64,000 nucleotides of DNA, taken from the human T2T-CHM13v2.0 reference genome, Homo sapiens. Below the pieces are notes generated by a model that was given only the letters and a program-made list of their open reading frames with translations, had not been told where the DNA came from and did no database searches. Positions 56,911 through 64,000 of the stretch are shown piece after piece. Position numbers and translations under genes: made by a program. Every line of letters begins with the position of its first letter. The stretch's first letter is position 1. The stretch lies in the NCBI RefSeq assembly GCF_009914755.1, contig NC_060935.1. One strand, 5' to 3'.

Positions 56911-58983
56911 ACAGGGAACTCAGGCTGAGACCAGTCTGGGGCAGAAGGAAAGACCAGGCTGAGCATTGGTCAGCTAGCAGCTCTGAGACAGGGACTGTCT
57001 GCTCTTGACTCCCCATTCACAGAGGGGGAAATGGAGGGGCAGAGAAGGAGAGCTCTTCCAAGATTGCCAAGCAGTTAGTGGGAATCAGGGGAAGCAGGAG
57101 CTGGCAGGGTCGGACCCAGGGAGAAGAGGGGTGGGAAGGAGTGATCTGAGCCTGGATGGCTTGGCTCCGTGGCTCGGCTGGCTCAGCAGTGTGATCATGG
57201 CCCAGGAGCACCTGGGCAAGAATCATCAACTGAACACTAGCCCATAGAAATGTACTGTGGTGGTTTCTCTTGTGGTTACAAAGACCCTGCCTCTGGGTCA
57301 CCAGATAAGCAAATAGCTCAAGCCAGGAGGCAGCCAGTTGTGGCGAGAAGGAGCAGTTGGTGGTAGGCAGGCAGTTGGGAGGCCTGGGTCCCCTGGAAGC
57401 TCACTACCTCTCATTGCAGAAGGTTCCTGACCTTCTATCTATTTCCTGCTTGGCTCACAGCCGCCTGCCTTGGCCTGAAGTGATGTGGGCTGAAGAGGGC
57501 AGTGTGGGCAACACGTTTGCTCTTTGAACTTGATGGTGACACACCAGTTTTGTATTACTCTGGGGAGGGGAACCCTGGAGGAAGAAATAGGGGAGAGAAG
57601 GGGATGGGGATGCTGATTTGGCCCATGGTCCACTCCAGGGCAGGCCCTCAATGATACCCCTGTGCTGAGGGCCTGAACCCAGGTGTCCTGCTGCCCCCCC
57701 AGGCATCTTGCCCTCCATGTGCACTGAACTCCTCTCTCCAGCTGCTCCTTCAGCCCTACCCCTCCCAGGGCCCAACCACAGTTGCATCAATATAGCCCCT
57801 TGACTCTCCTTCTGAAGGTCTAGAATACAGCCATTCAGCTCCCTCGGCTCCCTGCAACTCCACAGGGAGGTGAGGCTCCTACTGTCTCTTATCTGGAATC
57901 ACAGTACTGAAAATATCACACCTTTACTGAGCACCCACTGTCTAATGGGTATTACGTTAGGTAATCCGTCTCCCCAGTATGCTGAGAAACTGAGGCTCAG
58001 GCTCGGGAAGTGATCTGTCCAAGCCACACTGCTAATAAGTGGATTTAAATACAAATCAGATCTTGTTACACAAGTCCCCGGTCGCTCTCCACTGCCTTGG
58101 GGTAAATCTAAACTACTTATCAGGCCTTCACAATCTGTCCCTGCCCATATTCCCATCTCCCTCTCCCACCCCTCCCAGGTCCCCACCCTCCCCACCAGTC
58201 CCCGCTGCCAGTGGAAAACTCCTACCCACCCTTCAACACTCAGGTCCCACACTGGCATCAGCTCTGACCTCAGGTTCCCACAGCACCTGGCTCCTTGCTC
58301 AAACAGCTCTCCCTGGCACACAGTGTTGGCTGTGCCATGAAGACAGACGTGCTCACCCCCGACGTCCCAGCACACAGCCTGACACCCGGCACGCAGTAGG
58401 CCCTGGATCCAGGTCTGCTGGATGAACTGAGAGCCAGAGTCAAATCCCAGAGAACCAACTCAGGGATGGGGGTGCCTGGTGGCTTCTCAGGTCACTGCGA
58501 TCTTTTAATCAAGACTTCTTAGGAAGCTGAGTGATCAAAGAAGGACCAGAATCCCTGGTGAGGGCCATGCTTATTTACCAAAATGAGATTCTCTGTAAGA
58601 GAAAGGCTGATGGGCTGCATATGTGGGGGCCGCATTCAATTCATGCCTCCAGTGGGAAGTGGGAGCACCCCCCTTTGCTCCCCAGGTTGGTTTGCAAGTG
58701 CTGATCCCATCACGCTCCTCCAGCCCCCTTTACCAGGAGGGTCCTGGATCCTGGAATAATCAAGAGGAAGGTGCTACCTATTTTGTAGATGTTGAAATTA
58801 AGACCCAGAAAAGTGAGGTGTCTTACATGAGGTTATATAATAAACTAATTGAAAAGCCAAAAAGAATCCAAGTCTCTTGACCCTTCTTCTACACTCTTGG
58901 TGCCAAAGGGGTGAGGAAGAGGCAACAAGGCACAGCCTTACAGTCCTGGTGGGTGAAGGTGTCTGGGTAAGTCTATACATATA

Positions 58984-59118
58984 TTTTAATTTTTAAATTT
59001 TTGGTAGAGTTGGGGGTCTTGCCTAGGTTGGTCTTGAACTCCTGGCCTAAAGTGATTACCACCTGCCTCAGCTTCCCAAAGTGTTAGGATTACAGGCGTG
59101 AGCCACTGAACCCAGCCC
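58984..59118 (-). mobile_element. FLAM/Alu monomer
   Basis: Antisense left-arm sequence ending GGATTACAGGCGTGAGCCACTGAACCCAGCC. Confidence 0.8.
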
Positions 59119-62100
59119 AAAGGTAAAAGTCTGTCTTTGGAGGGCAGGTTGGTGTCCCCCGCACAGTGCTCAGCGACTCAGGCTGCCTAGAGTAAGGTGA
59201 GGATGGGCAGCACCCTACCCCCAGCTAGACTTCAGCATCGAAGAGCAGAGTGGGCCTCTTGTCAGTGCAATCAGGAGGTGTTCTGGAGTTCAACCCCGCC
59301 CGCCCCCCTGGGGTGGGGTTGGAGGAGGGAGGGAAGCTGAAGAAGCAGGTCAAAGCAAATCCTCCCCAGCTGCCCCACCCCCACTGAGAGCGGGCAGAGC
59401 CTGAGCCTGTAGGACCAGAATCAGGTGCCCTGTCCTGACATGTCCCAGAGACACAGCTTGAGTGGGAAATGAGGGAGGTGAGTCAGGGCTGGGTGTTGGG
59501 GGCAAGAGAAAGGGGCAGGAGGTCTGTCCCATTTCTGAGGACACAGGGACCAGGGCTGGCAGGAACCAGGAAAGGGTGGGTTCCCCAGGGTGGGAATTGC
59601 ACAGGGTTGGCTCAGTGGGTCTTTGGCCCAAGGCCTCCACCTCTCCTGGGTTACAGGCTCAGGCAGGCCCCGGAAAGCAGGACTGCAGGCGGCATAGGGG
59701 CGGATGGGGCGAGGCTGGAAGGCATCTTGCCACATTGTCTAGGGAAGAACCAATGCTGAGGCCTGAGAATAGTGAGATAGCCGCGCGATGTCACCTGCAC
59801 AATGCACTAAGATCAACAGGAGACCTGGCAGGGGAGGAGGGAGGGCATCCTGTCTCTCCAGCCCCCTCCCCGCCTCCTATGAGGCCTGCCCACTCTGTGT
59901 GCTGCCCGCTGCAGCGGGCAGAGGCCGGGCCTGGGAGGGGCAGCCTGCGAGCAGCTCAGGGAAAGGCCCTCTCACCCACAATAGATGTGGGGGGCGGGGA
60001 GGTCGAGGTGAGGATTAGGGCGGGGAGACGCTTTGAACCCCAGAAAGACTGGTGGGAACTGGTTCTTGACTCACAGCCGAGAGAGGGGGGTAGGGAAATG
60101 CAAGGGCTTGCGCTTTATTATTTTTTCTTTTATGAGATGTGAACTCAAGCAATTAAAAAATATGCATTTTATTTTTGCACAATTGGCCCTGCTGTGTCTC
60201 TTCATCTCTGCTCCAGCCCTGGTCCCATCAGCACGGTTGGCATTTCACAGCAACTTTTCATCTTCAAAGTGATTAGACAGATTATGTGCCCAAGTTTTTA
60301 TAAGGCTCAGCCCCTCTCCTTCGTAGGCTCCCGCAACCCTAAAAATAAATACTGGTGGTCAGTATCTGTGCTTCCTGCTTCCCAGAATTCTGGCAGCAAG
60401 TTATTTTATTTCCACCACTATTGGCTGAATACCTTCTATCTACCAGGCACTCAGAATCTCCTACTTTTCACTTCCATCTTCTGGAGCAAGGACTGATAGT
60501 CCCATTTTACAGAGGGAGAAACTGAGGCCCAGTGGTTGAGAAATTTGCCAAGTTGTGTAGCTAAAGGGTGGTGGATCCAGAACCCGAACCTGAGTCTTCT
60601 GGTTGTGGTCCACTGTGCTCCCTTTCAGACTGACACTGCCCCTTGGTTTTCTGTCTCCTCAACTGGAACCCTCTCTTAAGACCAGATTCCAGCTTTCTAG
60701 GCAGGCAGTGCCTAATCACTGGTGTGCACATTATAAGTTCTCAACAAATTCTGAAGAGTGATTTCCCCAGAGGACAGGCAGGATGGGCTGCAGAGGCTGA
60801 AGCCCTCGGTGTCCTGCCCAGCCTGAGTCTTCTCCCAGCTCCTTACCAGGGACAGGGAAGGGGAAAAGAAAGAGCAAGAACTGGGGTTTTGGCATGGCAG
60901 AGCTCTCAATGTGGATCCAACTAGTGCCCAGACAGGTAGCTGGGGACCACACCTGCCCAGGCCCAGGCCCTGCCCTGCCTGACATGCTGCCCCAGGCACT
61001 AGTTGGCAAAGGCTCCCAAGTGGACTTGGACAAGAAAGTTCTTGGAAAAGCAATTCCCATGCTGGACCCTTTTGGCAAGGTGGCAGCAGACAGAGGTCAT
61101 ACCCCACCAGAGTTGGGGGCCTGAGCCTCTAGACTTTCCCAGCTGAAGGGTGCTGTCATAACTACCCCCGACACTGGCAAGGTTTTACTCCACAAAACCC
61201 CACCCAGGTGATTAAATTGTCTCTTCCCCTTCTTTCACGGTCTTCAGCATATGAGATTCTACCATTTCCCCCTGGGAAACTGCTAAAGTGTTCTATACCC
61301 CTGAGTAGTGGAGAAGTTCTTCCTGATATCTACCCTCAATTCCTCTTATTATAAGGGAAGCACAATCTGTCCCATGGTGTGCTTGGGCATGTGGGATCAG
61401 GTACCAGGGCTGGGGATCAGGTAGTTCCTCCCCATAAGGAGAGAGCAGTGGAGAGTAGAGAGGGAGTTCGCATGGTGGACAGACCTGGGGCTGGGCTCTT
61501 CCACTCATTGGCAAGTTGCCTTACCCTGTGAGCCTCAGTTTCCTCATCTGTAACATGAAACCCCAGTTTCTAATACTTTATCACAAAATGGCTATAAGGA
61601 TTCAGTAAAATAACGTATGTACATGGTTAGCCAAGTGCCTGACACAGAATAATTGCTCTGGAGGTGGCGAAACTGATATGTGGGTACCCTAGGATCATGG
61701 ACAGGGCTGCAAGCTGAGACCATTCCTCAGGGTCAGAGCAAGACCCTTTCTAGCATCCCAAAGTGGGCTCCAGGCCCTCCCCAAAGGCCACAGCTGCTCC
61801 CATTTGTGTGGATTCTCTAAGCTGCCCTGTGCCAGCCTGCAGAAAAATGGGCAGCCTCAAAGCTCCACAATGGGTGTCAGACAGCTCAATTGTTTCCTCA
61901 AAAATCAGCATCCTCACTCTGGCCTGTGGTGCCTGCCCTGGTCCTGGAGTCCTATGTTTTTCAGTTAGGGGCCCAGGAGAGCTCTGCAAAGAGCTAGGAT
62001 CATCATCTCTGCAGAGGATAAGGGGAAGTGCCATGTGTCTCTGCCAGCCGGCCCCCTGGTAGGTACCAGCACAGGCCTGTGTTTATACTGTGGCATGTGA

Positions 62101-64000
62101 TGAGCCCTAAGGATGCAGGAAAACAAGGACCAGTGCTGGAGCTTTGACCTGAGCTGAGGGGACTTTTCCCAGTCTCCTCCCTGAGTTCCTGGAGTCTAAG
62201 AGTTCCGACTGTCCTCAAGGGAACTCTGGGACTCTTTCCCACGGCCCCGGCCAGCAGACGCCAACTAGCCCAGCTCCTCCCTCTCTCTGTGTCCTTCTCC
62301 CCAGGCCGGCCACACCCAGCTCTGTCAATGCCCAGCCCCGAGTCCTGGAGAGCAGAGGCCCCTGTCCCAGCGGCCCGCCCCACCCCTGCACTCTGGCCCC
62401 TCTGGCGGGCAGGCACGGCTGGGCCTCGAGGCCTGGCTGGAGTCACAGGATGACTGGAGGGCCCGTTCCATCTATGCCTGCTCCCTCATCACACACAAAC
62501 ATGCAAGGGAGAGTGGCAGGAGTCTGGGGTAGGGCCTTTTGAAAGACGCTCAGGTGCATTCCCTGGAGTGCTCATGAAGTCCTCAGCCTTCCAAGGCAGG
62601 TGTTAGGAGACAGCTGAAGACATCGAGACTAAGTGGCATTCGGGGTTGCCAAGGTCACGGTTAGTGGCAGAGCCAGGATTCAAAGCCAGGTCTCCTGACT
62701 CCAAGTGTAGTGTGTACCCCACCAGCTCACCCTTTCTCTCCAAGGCCTCAGAAGATGGGGCTGCTTTCCAGGCCTAGCTCTGTGGAAAAATCACAACCTC
62801 TCTGGGTCTCTGTTCCCCCTCTTAAAGTGGGAACCACCACCACCCCAGCCCCTGAGGTGTGGGGAGACCATCAGATGAAACAAACTGTGGAGCCGGAACT
62901 GTGTTACTGGAGAAAAGGCACTGTAGCGACAACCGTGTTCATGATTCGAGGCCCTGAAACAGGACTCTATGTCTCCTGCTGGGGTGAGGGCCCGCCTGAG
63001 GGTTTTGCCAGGAGGCCTGGGGGAGAATCTGCCCTTGTGGTCACTGAGGCAGGGAGGGGGTGTGGTGTGACCTAGCACTGGATGCTGACCTTTGGTCTGA
63101 CACCATTGGCATACACCCCACCTCCCCTGGAAGGTTGCCCGTTCTTGGCTCTGAGAGTCCCTAATGGGACAAATTCATTTAGTTACAATGTCATTTGTCA
63201 AGTGCGGACACCTAGTTCGTGAAAGGGGCCTGGCTTGGGAGTCAGGAGATCCAGGTACTAATACCATTGCTGCCAAGAGCCAGTGAACTGTGTGGCTTTC
63301 TCTTTCCAAGCCTCAGTTTCCTCATTTAAAACACAGGAAGGCTGCTCGGTTGATCCTTCCTTCAGGTTCCATCTGGCTTGGCCAGTCTGGGGGTCTCTGC
63401 TCTGCAGCCACCCTCCAACAGGCTGCCGGTGTGGAAGGCAACAAGCTCTCAGGCCTGGGGGTGGGACGGTGGGTGGGGAGTGTTCACTTCCACATTCCCA
63501 GGGTCCTGTAGCTCAGCGGAAATGAAACCTCTAGGATGTGATCGCAGCATGGCGGGATATGAAACAGAATGGATTTTGCAACCCTTCAAGGTGTTGTATG
63601 CAAGGCGTGGCTCTGTCAAGGGCCTCTTGCGCCTGTTGAGAGGTGCTTCTTAGAGTTGGTGACTCTCTGAAACCAGGGCTGGGCCCCTTTCTGGGATGGG
63701 GGGTATATGAGAAAAGGCATCAACTCTGCGAAACAAATCCAGGCTCTTGCCCAAGTCAAAGAGCAGCCCACAGTAGCACTGGAGCTTCTGTGGCTTGGGG
63801 TGGCTCCTGGGCTGAGACCTTGAACTTACACCCAGGAAGTGAGGCATCTGTTAGTAAGTGAGACTCCCAGCCGTGAGTCAGGTCTCTGCAGTGGGGCAGA
63901 TGTGGGGGTACGGGTGTGTGCTCAGGAGGGGAGGCTGGGGAGCAGGGTGCTTGCTCAGCTAAGCACTGATCCTGCTACTGCCAGCCATTCGCTGTGTGGC

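Noticed and set aside
42030-64000. Many 60-220 aa ORFs in intron 1
   Set aside because: GC-rich intronic sequence with MIR/L2 fragments; no consistent exon structure or domain recognised.

Overview
Human (primate) genomic DNA covering the 3' portion of NECTIN1 (PVRL1/HveC/CD111, chr11q23.3) on the minus strand. Exon 1 lies outside the window, which ends about 22 kb into intron 1. The shared Ig-domain exons 2-5 are present with canonical GT-AG sites and consistent phases. All three alternative 3' ends are present: soluble gamma (37464-37519), alpha (27618-28168, with a ~3.7 kb 3'UTR and the EWYV PDZ motif), and beta (three exons at 1874-2021, 741-816 and 108-257, reached through a ~36 kb intron). 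The introns carry many Alus, a solo HERV-H LTR7, MER2/MER96B/MER20 DNA transposons, L1/L2/L3 fragments, a U6 retrocopy and a ~1.15 kb (GGT/GAT)n tract. The most unusual region is the beta-specific intron (~2-23 kb). It holds a sense LTR7 upstream of a phase-1 acceptor in frame with a ~320-codon pure poly-His/YCAY tract, several exon-like relics suggesting the beta tail was captured from a decayed neighbouring membrane-protein gene (inference), and an ungapped 178-bp diverged duplicate. A near-perfect hairpin sits in the next beta intron. Repeat family names come from recognition by eye, not from a database search. No prokaryotic-type system is present.
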